Of a DNA stretch of 64,000 nt, positions 7,012 to 16,381 are shown one piece after another (the stretch's first letter is position 1; each line of letters opens with the position of its first letter). The DNA is from a virus (Duplodnaviria > Caudoviricetes): positions 293,276 to 357,275 of IMG/VR virus record IMGVR_UViG_3300037067_018912, one strand, 5' to 3'. The notes beneath the pieces are model-generated. The model had not been told where the DNA came from. It ran no database searches and saw nothing but the letters and a program-made list of their open reading frames with translations. A program made the position numbers and the translations under genes.

Positions 7012-10000
7012 ATGATTTTGAATAACATCGTCATAAACGAAACCTACGGGAGCATTCAGGAACTCAAGAAACTCACGGACGATATCCTGTATGAGGTGGC
7101 AAGTAAGAACTATCCCGATTATCAACGTAATAATATCTTCGGGTACATCTATGGTATTCATCTCGGTGATATGGATGCAACCCGCTACAGGGAAATAGGG
7201 GATTTCGTTAAAAACCACAACGTGCAGGTGTATTTCACCCCATACAAAGAAGGTGATGTTGGTGTTAATGCAAAAACTAAAGGCACATATTTGTTTCCGT
7301 CCACAACCGATAAAAGAGATTACAAAACTGGATTCGGCAGGGAAATCAACGTTAATTACAATTACAATGAGATGAAGAATGCCGTGGATACCATGCTCAA
7401 GGAAAAGGATGCCGAAGGGAAGAACTTTAATGTGACTGATATATATTCCAAGTTTTCCTCAAGATTGCATTTGACCCTTCTTCATGAACTCCAACATGCC
7501 TATGATGAATATAGAAGTAAGGGGATGGCGTTTCAATCAAAACAATCTGTATCTTTTCAAAAGAAATATCCACAAAAAGCGGCTGCTGATACGAAAATGG
7601 AGGAATTGGCCGAACTCAATAAATTCAAATCGTATTCAAATCTCCCCCACGAAGTTTGGGCAAGGTTCACCCAGGCGGTTACTAACGTGCCCTTCTTTAA
7701 TGTCGATATGGATGCCTCGGAGAATTATTTCATTTATGCAATGAATCCTTTGCATAACGTGGTAAAAAAATTCACAACTTATTTCGAGAATTGGAGACTC
7801 CTGCCGGAGAAAATGAAATGGACACTGATTAAAAGGGTTTCACAATTTTGGCATCACGAACAGGAGAGAATGAAAGAAAAGAACCTCAAAGAAAAATCTG
7901 ATTGGGAAATTCACCAAAGACAAAAGGCAAGTGTTCCGCAAAACAATCCCGTAAATATTCCTCAAGGAAGTGTTCCTGTCCAGGCCGAGTCTCTCCTTTC
8001 AGCATCACAATTAGAGGAAGACGTCAAGAATATCACGGATGAAGAGATTGTTATCAGCGCAGGCACAGAACTCTACCACGGCACTATAGAAGAATTCGAC
8101 AAAGAAAAAGCAAAAGTCGGCGGTTATGACGAAATGTTTTGGACAACGACTAACCCCGCTATTGCACAAACTTATATACCACAATCCGGATATCTTTACA
8201 CGTGGAGTCAGACTATAGCAATGCCCAACGAAGACCCAACCGACGTGAATATGCAAAAGGCGTTTGGAATAGATTATGATTATTCCAAAGTCAAGTTTGA
8301 TAGTCATCGGGCGAGTTCTTATATGGAAGCACCTGTGTTCAGGCAGTACAGTGATCAGTATTGGACTCTGAGCAGCGAAGCATATGCGAAATACAAAGCA
8401 TTGGAAGACTTCAAAAAGGCATTCAACGAAAAAGAAAAACAAAACCTCGAAACCGATCAAGACCTTAACGAATTCGAGAGGTTGGAAAACGAGTACAGCG
8501 AAGCCGAACAGAACCTCCGTGGAATGAACGTGGAAAAGTTCAAGAACGAATACGTTAACGGCAAATTGAAAGAACTCGGCTATGAGCCTATTAAATCCGA
8601 CGATTATAACAAAAACTACGGTTGGAAACTCAAAGTTCATAATCAACAATTGCAACCAGCCGACTATAAGGCAGAAGGAAGATTATTTATCGTCAGACCC
8701 AAAAGAGATTTAAAAATCTACGATACTACTGAAGGCGGAAGCAGAGAAGCCGACTTAACCGACCTCGACTATCACAAACACACTTGGTTTCAACAAGCCA
8801 AAGAAAGTGGATATGATGGGATAAAAATTACTGACTTTGCTCAAAGCGAAGACCAAGGTAATGTGGAGCACACTTCGATTGGTCTTTTCCAAGAGACTTT
8901 AAGGGACGTTGCTATCGACGAAGTCCCTGCTGTTCATCACGAACTCGGACAATTCTACGGGACAGATTGGAAAACTCCTGAATATAAGAAATACAAAGGA
9001 ATAACAGAAGAAGAAATAACACCCGGAGGACTCAATACAACTGACCCCGGTGTAATTACTAAAACAGCGTTAAGACTTATTCTCGACTCCGATAAGGCAT
9101 ACGAAATCTTGGATACCACAAGAGCGGGAGGATCAACTTGGTGCGCAGGTGGGTGTGGGATATTGGCAGAAGCACTTAATATCCTTTATGGTTACCCTTT
9201 ATACGCCGTTTATGACCACGATTGGGGACAAGTGGATCATATGGTCGTCCGTACACCGAGAGGAACATTCATCGACTGTGACGGCGAACAAAAGGGTATC
9301 CTTGCCAATTTCAAAAGAAAGGAACATTACGAACGTCCTAATGTGAAATTATCATTGGTTCTTTATGACCAAGACGCTAAAACAAAATTACGCAACAGTA
9401 TCATTTTTGACCATAAGGCAAGCGAGAGATTGGCCGAATTAATCAAAAATGGATTAAATAATACTAATCAAAATAATACTAATCAAAATAATACTAATCA
9501 AAATAATACTAATCAAAATAATAACAATCAGACCCTTAATCAGACCCTCACAAACGAAAATGATGATCCCTCAAAGATCGCAAGTAATGGTCCTGAAGAT
9601 TCTACCAAAAAGATTTATTATAATGGACGTACCAACGCAAGACCGTACACGGGCAAATATATTTATATCACAGACTCACCCGGTTATGCATCAGGTTATT
9701 CAAACGGGAGAGAATTGTATTCTTACACCATTCCTTTCCCTGAGACGAGATTGTTTAGTATAAAAAATTCTAATCATATGAACCTGTTAAGACAATACCT
9801 CGACAGACAGACCATAGAGGCTATAATCCGAGACAGCGGTGCAGGCAGTGAAATTGATTGGGCAGCCTTTGGATATATTTCAACAGACGATTTTGAGGCA
9901 GGGGAAGATTTGTTACAGTACTTGGGTTTTTATGGAGTGAGACTAAAGGAACGTGAGGGAGTGGAATCAATCTATATCTTTGATGAAAAGAACCTGGAAT

Positions 10001-10872
10001 TTGAGGGAAAAGTGGATATAACGACCCCCGATATGATCAAGTCTATAGGTGATTATTATAAGTGGTTCTCCAAAGACAAAAACTTTTTAGAAGAAAACGA
10101 TCCCACAAATCCTATAGCAGAATCAATATCAATAGAGTTGTTATCCTTATTGAATAATTCTTCTTATCTTTGTAACAATTCCCTGGGGGAGACGTATAAA
10201 AGAACTATGAACACGATTTTAAATACCGTTAATACTATTAGTCACGATCCTCTTGTCACTGCTATTAACGAAGAGATCGTAGAGACCATCACCAATAAGG
10301 AGATTATCGAAGGTGTGGGTGATGTTTATGCGCAAAAAGCATTTGGTATCCCTGATACTTCAAAGGACTTTTCAGGCAAGGGCGTTCCGCTGCAAGGAGA
10401 ACTTATTCATCGTGACGGAAATTGGCTCTTAATAAAGAATCCTAATAGTCTCGACGGTTTGGGAAAAAGTGTCAGGGGAGTTATACTTCCTAATGGTGAT
10501 TATTACACTGAGAATTATAGCGAGAAAATTCATTACGATCTTTTGGAGATATTGGCAAATAAGGGCGTTATACCTGTGAATCCGAAGAAGGATTGGTCGA
10601 AGAAGACCCCGCAAGAGTCTGGCTTCTTAACCGTTCAGAGATATAAGGATACTGACGCCGTTGCTATAGGAGAAAGCAATCGTTTGTTGTATGACATAAA
10701 TTTTTACAAAGGGAATGTTTCTCTTTATGACGAATTTCTTGCCAAGGCGAAAACGAAAAATCCCGGTGTCCGGTTTGAGAACAAACTCGTGGGCACGAAA
10801 TTTTTCACAGGCGGGGACAAGTCGAACCGTTTCTCAGCGGATGAAAGCGTGTTGATGAAAAACAATCTGTAA
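7012..10872 (+). CDS. large polyvalent protein (zincin + two ADP-ribosyltransferase-like + Cys-His-Asp domains)
   Basis: LLHELQH; LYHGT...FWTTTNPAIAQTY...GYDGI; GGCGILA...HMVV...FIDCDG; YYNG...YITDSPGYASGY...GFYGV. Confidence 0.7.
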   Translation: MILNNIVINETYGSIQELKKLTDDILYEVASKNYPDYQRNNIFGYIYGIHLGDMDATRYREIGDFVKNHNVQVYFTPYKEGDVGVNAKTKGTYLFPSTTDKRDYKTGFGREINVNYNYNEMKNAVDTMLKEKDAEGKNFNVTDIYSKFSSRLHLTLLHELQHAYDEYRSKGMAFQSKQSVSFQKKYPQKAAADTKMEELAELNKFKSYSNLPHEVWARFTQAVTNVPFFNVDMDASENYFIYAMNPLHNVVKKFTTYFENWRLLPEKMKWTLIKRVSQFWHHEQERMKEKNLKEKSDWEIHQRQKASVPQNNPVNIPQGSVPVQAESLLSASQLEEDVKNITDEEIVISAGTELYHGTIEEFDKEKAKVGGYDEMFWTTTNPAIAQTYIPQSGYLYTWSQTIAMPNEDPTDVNMQKAFGIDYDYSKVKFDSHRASSYMEAPVFRQYSDQYWTLSSEAYAKYKALEDFKKAFNEKEKQNLETDQDLNEFERLENEYSEAEQNLRGMNVEKFKNEYVNGKLKELGYEPIKSDDYNKNYGWKLKVHNQQLQPADYKAEGRLFIVRPKRDLKIYDTTEGGSREADLTDLDYHKHTWFQQAKESGYDGIKITDFAQSEDQGNVEHTSIGLFQETLRDVAIDEVPAVHHELGQFYGTDWKTPEYKKYKGITEEEITPGGLNTTDPGVITKTALRLILDSDKAYEILDTTRAGGSTWCAGGCGILAEALNILYGYPLYAVYDHDWGQVDHMVVRTPRGTFIDCDGEQKGILANFKRKEHYERPNVKLSLVLYDQDAKTKLRNSIIFDHKASERLAELIKNGLNNTNQNNTNQNNTNQNNTNQNNNNQTLNQTLTNENDDPSKIASNGPEDSTKKIYYNGRTNARPYTGKYIYITDSPGYASGYSNGRELYSYTIPFPETRLFSIKNSNHMNLLRQYLDRQTIEAIIRDSGAGSEIDWAAFGYISTDDFEAGEDLLQYLGFYGVRLKEREGVESIYIFDEKNLEFEGKVDITTPDMIKSIGDYYKWFSKDKNFLEENDPTNPIAESISIELLSLLNNSSYLCNNSLGETYKRTMNTILNTVNTISHDPLVTAINEEIVETITNKEIIEGVGDVYAQKAFGIPDTSKDFSGKGVPLQGELIHRDGNWLLIKNPNSLDGLGKSVRGVILPNGDYYTENYSEKIHYDLLEILANKGVIPVNPKKDWSKKTPQESGFLTVQRYKDTDAVAIGESNRLLYDINFYKGNVSLYDEFLAKAKTKNPGVRFENKLVGTKFFTGGDKSNRFSADESVLMKNNL
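9457..9516 (+). repeat. 4 x 15-bp in-frame tandem repeat (NNTNQ linker)
   Basis: AATAATACTAATCAA x4. Confidence 0.95.
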
Positions 10873-10942
10873 GACCCTTCAAGACAAGACCTCTCAGACC
10901 CCTAAAGTTTTATCATAAAGACTTCTTTTAAAGTTTTATCAT

Positions 10943-10973
10943 AGACCCCTTTCCATTACAGAGAGGGGTTTTT
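10943..10973 (+). terminator. intrinsic terminator
   Basis: AGACCCCTTTC...GAGAGGGGTTTTT. Confidence 0.6.
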
Positions 10974-11339
10974 CATTTTATAAAAAAATTTCTGGAAAAA
11001 TTTTTAAGACCTTTGATAAAGGGGGAAGGGGATTTTTTTCTGGAAAAATTTCTGTTATGGCGGTCCTTTCCATGTAGCACCCCCGGCCTCCAGAAGCCGC
11101 CCCTGACGGGCGTCCTGGGCGGGGGGGATACGGAGGGGGCACTGGGGGCTGTTTCCAGAGGGTGTGCCTCTGTACTCTGCCCTGGCTGTGGCTTGCAGAG
11201 GCTTCTGTGTCCCTTGCCTGGCGCAGGGTACAGCAAGAGGGGTTATTTAGAACCATTATAAAGAGTATAAATATACTTGCATAAACATACAGCCGTTTTG
11301 TTTATTTAGACTGTATATAAACAAGGAAACAGGCCACAA

Positions 11340-11367
11340 AAAAGAGGGTGAACGTTCACCCTCTTTT
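11340..11367 (-). terminator. palindromic, possibly bidirectional terminator
   Basis: AAAAGAGGGTGAACGTTCACCCTCTTTT perfect palindrome just after the 190-aa gene. Confidence 0.7.
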
Positions 11368-11390
11368 AAGTTTATTTTGCCGTACCCTTT

Positions 11391-11963
11391 TTAGTTTATT
11401 TCGAGGGTTTCACCGTTCATTTTAACCGATTCGACGTTGGCAACTATATAATCCCGGAACTTGTCAGCGGAGAGGTTTAAAGCCTTTTTAATGGCTTTCT
11501 TTGCCAATGTTTTGGCTGAACTGTTGACGGTTTTATATTCACCCTCAACAATAACTTTTTTCTGTATACCCTGACCGAAGATGTGCAATTCCTGAGTGTC
11601 TTTGTGGAGGCGGATTGCAGGGGTGATGAAGATATAGGCATCAGTCTGCGCCTGACTTTGAGCGGTTCTGTCCTCTGCCTTTTCGGAAAGGTTCTTTTTT
11701 GCGCTTTCAATCATTTCTGACAGGGCAGTTTTGCAAACATCAACTGCTATCATTGATTTCAGGGCAATAGCCGAGAGGGTTGCTTCGTCGCAAGCCAATA
11801 ACTTGGCTAAATCGTTTTCCTTTACGTTCTTAACTGACAGGCCAATGTTTACTGTATGGTTGGCAATTTCGCCCGTAGTTTTGGACAGGTAGTTGTTTAA
11901 TGATACAAAGGTTACACCTTTAAGACCTTGTAAATTGCTGAAAAATTGTTTTCCGTTTTTCAT
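11391..11963 (-). CDS. hypothetical protein, divergent from sigma gene
   Basis: 190-aa ORF with own CGTAAC-N16-CGTA promoter (12028-12003) and terminator. Confidence 0.8.
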   Translation of the reverse strand: MKNGKQFFSNLQGLKGVTFVSLNNYLSKTTGEIANHTVNIGLSVKNVKENDLAKLLACDEATLSAIALKSMIAVDVCKTALSEMIESAKKNLSEKAEDRTAQSQAQTDAYIFITPAIRLHKDTQELHIFGQGIQKKVIVEGEYKTVNSSAKTLAKKAIKKALNLSADKFRDYIVANVESVKMNGETLEIN

Positions 11964-12194
11964 GACTGTTTGTTTTTGTGTGATTGATTTTATATAAGAG
12001 TTTACGGTAAAAACAGTAAAAGGTTACGTAAATGATTATCAATTTTTGCCTATGTGACGAATGGCTTAAAACCTTTGACGAACGGCCAGGTCCTGGAGAC
12101 CAATAGCCAGGTCTTGGCGTTTATCCCAGATCTGGTGCTGTTCGTCACCGGAAATCGTACATTGGTCAAAGTTACAAAATTTAATGCTTATTAG

Positions 12195-12220
12195 TCGAAC
12201 TTTATTTGTATTTTTACGTA
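12195..12220 (+). promoter_or_regulatory. variant ECF promoter upstream of the sigma gene (autoregulation)
   Basis: TCGAAC-N16-CGTA followed by ACATATTACG. Confidence 0.65.
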
Positions 12221-12289
12221 ACATATTACGGAAACAGTTTAAAACAAATTATTAAAGGTCTAAATTGAATAACTTTAAACGTGTGCAAA

Positions 12290-12973
12290 ATGAAAACAGC
12301 AAACAGTAAAACAGCAAAAAACAGATACAACAAATCACGTGTTATGCGTATGGCATGGGTTGTATACCGCAAAAATGGTGGTGACTTATTATGGTCAGAC
12401 AGCCTGAAACAGGCGTGGAATATGGAAAAGAACGGTTTGGCCGTTAATACCATTGAAAACCTTTATACAAGGTATTATAAAATGATTTTCAACCATATCA
12501 TTTTAAGGGTGCGCAAATATGAGATAGCACAGGAATTGACACAGGATGTCTTAATCAAAGCCAATGAACACCTTGCAAATTATGACGTTATGCGCTCCAA
12601 AGTATCAACATGGCTTTTGACTATTGCCAATAACAAAATAATTGATTTTTACCGGAGCAATGCCAATGCAAGTAATAAGGTCAATATTGGCGATTTTGTG
12701 AACGAAAAAGGTAATGAAACCCTGCCCATCATTGGCGGTTCACAGGCTAATGAAATGACTGAAAACGAAGAGTTAAAGGAAAAGATAATGTCCTGTATTG
12801 ACAAATTAAAACCTAATTACAAACAGGTTGCTATATTGCGCTTTGTCGAAGACAAGGAATACAGCGAAATAGCCGAGGCAATGTCCATAACCATTGACAA
12901 TGTGAAAGTTATGGTAAACCGTGTCCGTGCAATGTTACAAGAGCAATTGCAGGACGAATATTCCAACCTCTAA
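12290..12973 (+). CDS. ECF (group IV sigma-70) RNA polymerase sigma factor with N-terminal extension
   Basis: Region 2: AQELTQDVLIK...STWLLTIANNKIIDFYR; region 4: LKPNYKQVAILRFVEDKEYSEIAEAM...VKVMVNRVR. Confidence 0.92.
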   Translation: MKTANSKTAKNRYNKSRVMRMAWVVYRKNGGDLLWSDSLKQAWNMEKNGLAVNTIENLYTRYYKMIFNHIILRVRKYEIAQELTQDVLIKANEHLANYDVMRSKVSTWLLTIANNKIIDFYRSNANASNKVNIGDFVNEKGNETLPIIGGSQANEMTENEELKEKIMSCIDKLKPNYKQVAILRFVEDKEYSEIAEAMSITIDNVKVMVNRVRAMLQEQLQDEYSNL

Positions 12974-13056
12974 CCGAGGTTGGCCATTTGTCCGGTCAAT
13001 GTCCAAAGTGATTTATACAATGTCCTTAATGTCCAAACAATTAACACAATACAATC

Positions 13057-13377
13057 ATGAACGAAATAAATAAAATACCGAGTGAATATATTGAACCGTA
13101 CCTTGTTAAATTTTTAGGTTCAATGATAGATTTCCTGGCCTGTGCCTATCTTACAGAAGAAGACAAACAAAATATTGGTAGGGGTATAGGTTGGACAGTT
13201 GCAGAGGTTAAACTATGGATTAAAGGGGTTGAGGTCTTTGTTTCTCAATCCTGTGGTATTCATGCAAGCATAGCAATGAGCAATCAATTGGAAAAGTTTA
13301 TCTGTATGCCTGACAAAGAATTAAAGGAAATGTGTGCTAAAGTTGCCCGTGAGGCAGTAAGAGAATGGGATGAATAG
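13057..13377 (+). CDS. hypothetical protein
   Basis: ATG after CA-rich leader. Confidence 0.65.
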   Translation: MNEINKIPSEYIEPYLVKFLGSMIDFLACAYLTEEDKQNIGRGIGWTVAEVKLWIKGVEVFVSQSCGIHASIAMSNQLEKFICMPDKELKEMCAKVAREAVREWDE

Positions 13378-13463
13378 CACAATGTGCAAATATAACCGAG
13401 CAATAACGTAACCTTATTGTTCAATTTACGTAAAATCTTACATACAATCAATACACAAACATT

Positions 13464-13805
13464 ATGGCAATGAAAATTATAACCAAAGAGATTGAGGCAA
13501 TGTTCGCCAAACAGGGTGACACCTCAGAGAAAGAGATGAAAGAGATAAAGATCATCATGAAGTTATTCAACCCCGCAGGCGCAGGCACGTGGTATCTGTA
13601 TGAGAAACTGGACGATGATGTTTATATGTGTTTTGCAAACCTCGGCGATAGCGAAATGGCTGAAATGGGTACGGTTTCAATGTCCGAGTTAATGTCGCTG
13701 CGTCTGCCCTTTGGCCTGCACATAGAACGTGACAAAGGTTTCAAACCAATGTCCATAACCTTAGAGGAAGTTTACAACAAGATAAAGGCAGGCGGTCATA
13801 TTTAA
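13464..13805 (+). CDS. DUF2958-like protein
   Basis: KLFNPAGAGTWY.YE...EMGTVSMSEL...GLHIERD. Confidence 0.8.
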   Translation: MAMKIITKEIEAMFAKQGDTSEKEMKEIKIIMKLFNPAGAGTWYLYEKLDDDVYMCFANLGDSEMAEMGTVSMSELMSLRLPFGLHIERDKGFKPMSITLEEVYNKIKAGGHI

Positions 13806-13839
13806 CCTGTAACAAAACAACCCTTTGCACGTATCATTT

Positions 13840-13906
13840 AAAGCATAAGTTTAAACGTTTTCCAATTCAATGACTGAGAGGCCGGACAGCAATGTCCGGC
13901 TTTTTT
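13840..13906 (+). ncRNA. putative ~65-nt small RNA
   Basis: Promoter 13808-13833 followed directly by terminator GCCGGAC-AGCAAT-GTCCGGC-TTTTTT; no ORF. Confidence 0.5.
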
Positions 13907-13973
13907 ATTGTTCATAACTGTAACATTATTGTCCGGCTTACGTAAAATCTTACATAACCAATACACAAAAGCA

Positions 13974-14234
13974 ATGGTAAACATAAAACAAAGTGGTGAT
14001 GTTTATCTTCTCTTTGGCACACAGGCTGTGAAAGCATATGAAGAAAACAACATTAAAGCCGCCGTGAAAATTGTCAAAGATGATAATGGTGCGGCGTACC
14101 ATTGGAACTCAAACCATGACACACCTATGTCACTTATTAATAATATAAATGATTTGTCAGACAGGTACAAAGATAGTGATAACTGTGATGAATACACCGA
14201 AATCACTAAGGAAGAATACGAACTTTTTCAATAA
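13974..14234 (+). CDS. hypothetical protein (paralogue of C-terminus of 25124..25543)
   Basis: YLLFG.QAV.AYE...YHWNSN.D.PMSL...YTEITKEEY shared. Confidence 0.75.
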   Translation: MVNIKQSGDVYLLFGTQAVKAYEENNIKAAVKIVKDDNGAAYHWNSNHDTPMSLINNINDLSDRYKDSDNCDEYTEITKEEYELFQ

Positions 14235-14306
14235 AGAAATTGTATCATTTACGTAACATATTACGTATTTTCCCGTATAATCTTATGTAACCAACACACA
14301 GACACA

Positions 14307-14423
14307 ATGGAAACGATACAGATTGAACGCAGCGAAAAGAATGCACGATGGATGCAGGTAGCATTTATAATTGGCACAGCCTTTTCAGTGGCTTTTTGGG
14401 TGGTCTTATTCATAATCCTTTAA
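14307..14423 (+). CDS. 38-aa single-TM protein (below ORF-track cutoff)
   Basis: ATG after promoter/leader repeat; METIQIERSEKNARWMQVAFIIGTAFSVAFWVVLFIIL. Confidence 0.6.
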   Translation: METIQIERSEKNARWMQVAFIIGTAFSVAFWVVLFIIL

Positions 14424-14433
14424 TCTTACGGTC

Positions 14434-14817
14434 ATGAAAAAATCACTCGCAATGTTATTAAAGGGTTTTGAGTCTTCATCGACTCTTACCCCCGAATTTG
14501 CACAGTTTTACAGGACGTTCAAAAAAGAATTTACCTGTGAATTGCAGAGTATTGGCGCAACCAATATAGAATTTCATCGTGGCCATTTCTACGTGTCCGG
14601 TTTTTTCACTGTTGACGGACAGGCATATTATTTCAGTCTTTCTGATGTGAGGGGCATGGATTACAGCATTAAAAATCATCCTGACAGTTGTATGAGCAAA
14701 TTACTGTACCGCACAGCCAGGGACTACAAAGACTACACAGGCGGTAAGAACAGGTACGCAACCATTAGATTTGATATGGCCGCAGATATGTGCTGGTATT
14801 TCAAAGTGGTTGACTAA
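14434..14817 (+). CDS. hypothetical protein
   Basis: GHFYVSGF...YRTA.DYKDYTGG.N. Confidence 0.75.
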   Translation: MKKSLAMLLKGFESSSTLTPEFAQFYRTFKKEFTCELQSIGATNIEFHRGHFYVSGFFTVDGQAYYFSLSDVRGMDYSIKNHPDSCMSKLLYRTARDYKDYTGGKNRYATIRFDMAADMCWYFKVVD

Positions 14818-14898
14818 GACCACAACAAAATAACCCTTTAACCCTGTAACACACAGGGTTTTTTCACGTATTATCTTACACAATCAATACACAAGACA

Positions 14899-15135
14899 AT
14901 GAGAATAATAAGCGTAATTGAAATCAAAGAGGGTGTTGTTTACGACATCACATCTTTTGGAATCGACGAGGCTAATGTACAGCCGACTGTTGACAAGGCT
15001 GAGAAGTTATTTGAGGAGAAATGCCGTGAATACGGATACGACGAGGACGACCATACGGCCATTGAAGAGTTTATTGAAGACGGATATTTCGGAGGCGGCA
15101 ACTTTTCAATCTGCCTTACTTGGTCAGAAATCTAA
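14899..15135 (+). CDS. acidic hypothetical protein
   Basis: ATG after promoter repeat. Confidence 0.7.
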   Translation: MRIISVIEIKEGVVYDITSFGIDEANVQPTVDKAEKLFEEKCREYGYDEDDHTAIEEFIEDGYFGGGNFSICLTWSEI

Positions 15136-15160
15136 TGTACAACTTTTAATACACCTCATC

Positions 15161-15406
15161 ATGGACACAAATTTCCAATTGAAGTTAGCCAAAGAGGCCG
15201 GGAAGATTACCCTGAAAAGCGCAACCTACGACACATGGGAAGAAGAGTATAAATATCACGTGGGTATGGTTCAGAATCCCTTTCCTTTCGGAGTGTTCAA
15301 ATTAAAACTTGAATCGTTGGACAGAATGTTCAACGCCGACCCGGACGGGAAGAACCCGGCATATGACAAGCCGATACAGAAACTTTGCAACGAATTAGGT
15401 TATTAA
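15161..15406 (+). CDS. hypothetical protein
   Basis: Start reassigned to MDTNFQ. Confidence 0.6.
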   Translation: MDTNFQLKLAKEAGKITLKSATYDTWEEEYKYHVGMVQNPFPFGVFKLKLESLDRMFNADPDGKNPAYDKPIQKLCNELGY

Positions 15407-15425
15407 CCCCTTAAAACATACTATC

Positions 15426-15602
15426 ATGTTACAGATTGTTCATATTAACGGATTTGTTTGGTATGCTGACATAAACAGTCAGGTGTTATACGAAGACAGT
15501 GAGAAGAAGAGCGGCACGCCGTTCTCATTCATGGCACGCAACGAACGGGAGCAAATGGAAAATGAACTCAGATTCCCCCGGCGCAAAGAAGAACAGGACT
15601 AA
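15426..15602 (+). CDS. 58-aa hypothetical protein
   Basis: Fills gap in operon. Confidence 0.5.
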   Translation: MLQIVHINGFVWYADINSQVLYEDSEKKSGTPFSFMARNEREQMENELRFPRRKEEQD

Positions 15603-15623
15603 GGTTTTAATTTAACGACCATA

Positions 15624-16100
15624 ATGTTCAAAGCCAAACAACAAGGATTTAAGACGCTGCAAGAGGTTCAAGCCTACTTGCAGCAACTTCCATTTGTGAA
15701 CTTTGGTGGGTGTGGCATTGCTGCTCTTGCAATGTACAGGTGGCTAAAAAAGAACCGTAAAGCAAGTAGAAAGATTTGTTTTTACATGTTGGCTGATCAA
15801 GGTTTTATCCATGAGAACAACGCCAAGTGTTTGGAGGGTGAGGAAGACAGACAACCAACAGCACCCGGACATATGGTGCTGTATGACAAGGGCAAATATT
15901 TTGATTGTGGTGGTACATATGACCCAACAAGATATAACTATCATTTAAAGGTAACAAAGGAACAATTTATCGTTGAATCTCTCAATAATGTACCGACATG
16001 GCGAGAGGATTTCCCCCGCAAATATCTTATTGGCAGAATAGCACAGAAACTTAATATTGACCTCTCCGACGTAGTTGAAGAATGTGATTGTGAATTGTAA
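15624..16100 (+). CDS. stand-alone Cys-His-Asp (papain/transglutaminase-like) domain protein
   Basis: GGCGIAA...HMVL...YFDCGG, same pattern as domain in 7012..10872. Confidence 0.65.
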   Translation: MFKAKQQGFKTLQEVQAYLQQLPFVNFGGCGIAALAMYRWLKKNRKASRKICFYMLADQGFIHENNAKCLEGEEDRQPTAPGHMVLYDKGKYFDCGGTYDPTRYNYHLKVTKEQFIVESLNNVPTWREDFPRKYLIGRIAQKLNIDLSDVVEECDCEL

Positions 16101-16150
16101 CCTTTCGAATGATTTTACGTAATATCTTACATAATCAACAACACAAGACG

Positions 16151-16381
16151 ATGATAAGCAAAGCAAAATTTGTACAGGTGGTTACCATCAAAGACCCGGA
16201 CACCAAAGGACAGGTTGAGTTATCCATCTACAAACACGAGAACGGCGGAATGTTCGCAATGGATTCTTCCTATATGGAACAACTTGATGGTATCGGCGAT
16301 GAAGATGATATCACTTGCAGGATTCCCGACCCGTTCGGAGATAACGAACATATGACATTGGTCGAACTTCACGAAGATTAA
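16151..16381 (+). CDS. hypothetical protein
   Basis: ATG after promoter repeat; terminator 16420-16443. Confidence 0.7.
   Translation: MISKAKFVQVVTIKDPDTKGQVELSIYKHENGGMFAMDSSYMEQLDGIGDEDDITCRIPDPFGDNEHMTLVELHED

Noticed and set aside
10973-11261. Three overlapping Pro/Gly-rich ORFs
   Set aside because: Artefacts of a locally GC-rich non-coding region.
13874-13906. Hammerhead ribozyme (CTGAGAG plus stem)
   Set aside because: No GAAA after stem II; the hairpin is followed by a T-tract, i.e. a terminator.
16110-16140. Motif as XerC/D dif sites or integron attC
   Set aside because: The right arm does not match the TTATGTTAAAT XerD arm, attC core boxes are absent and no recombinase is in the window; the fixed 16-nt spacer to TGTAAC fits ECF promoters better.
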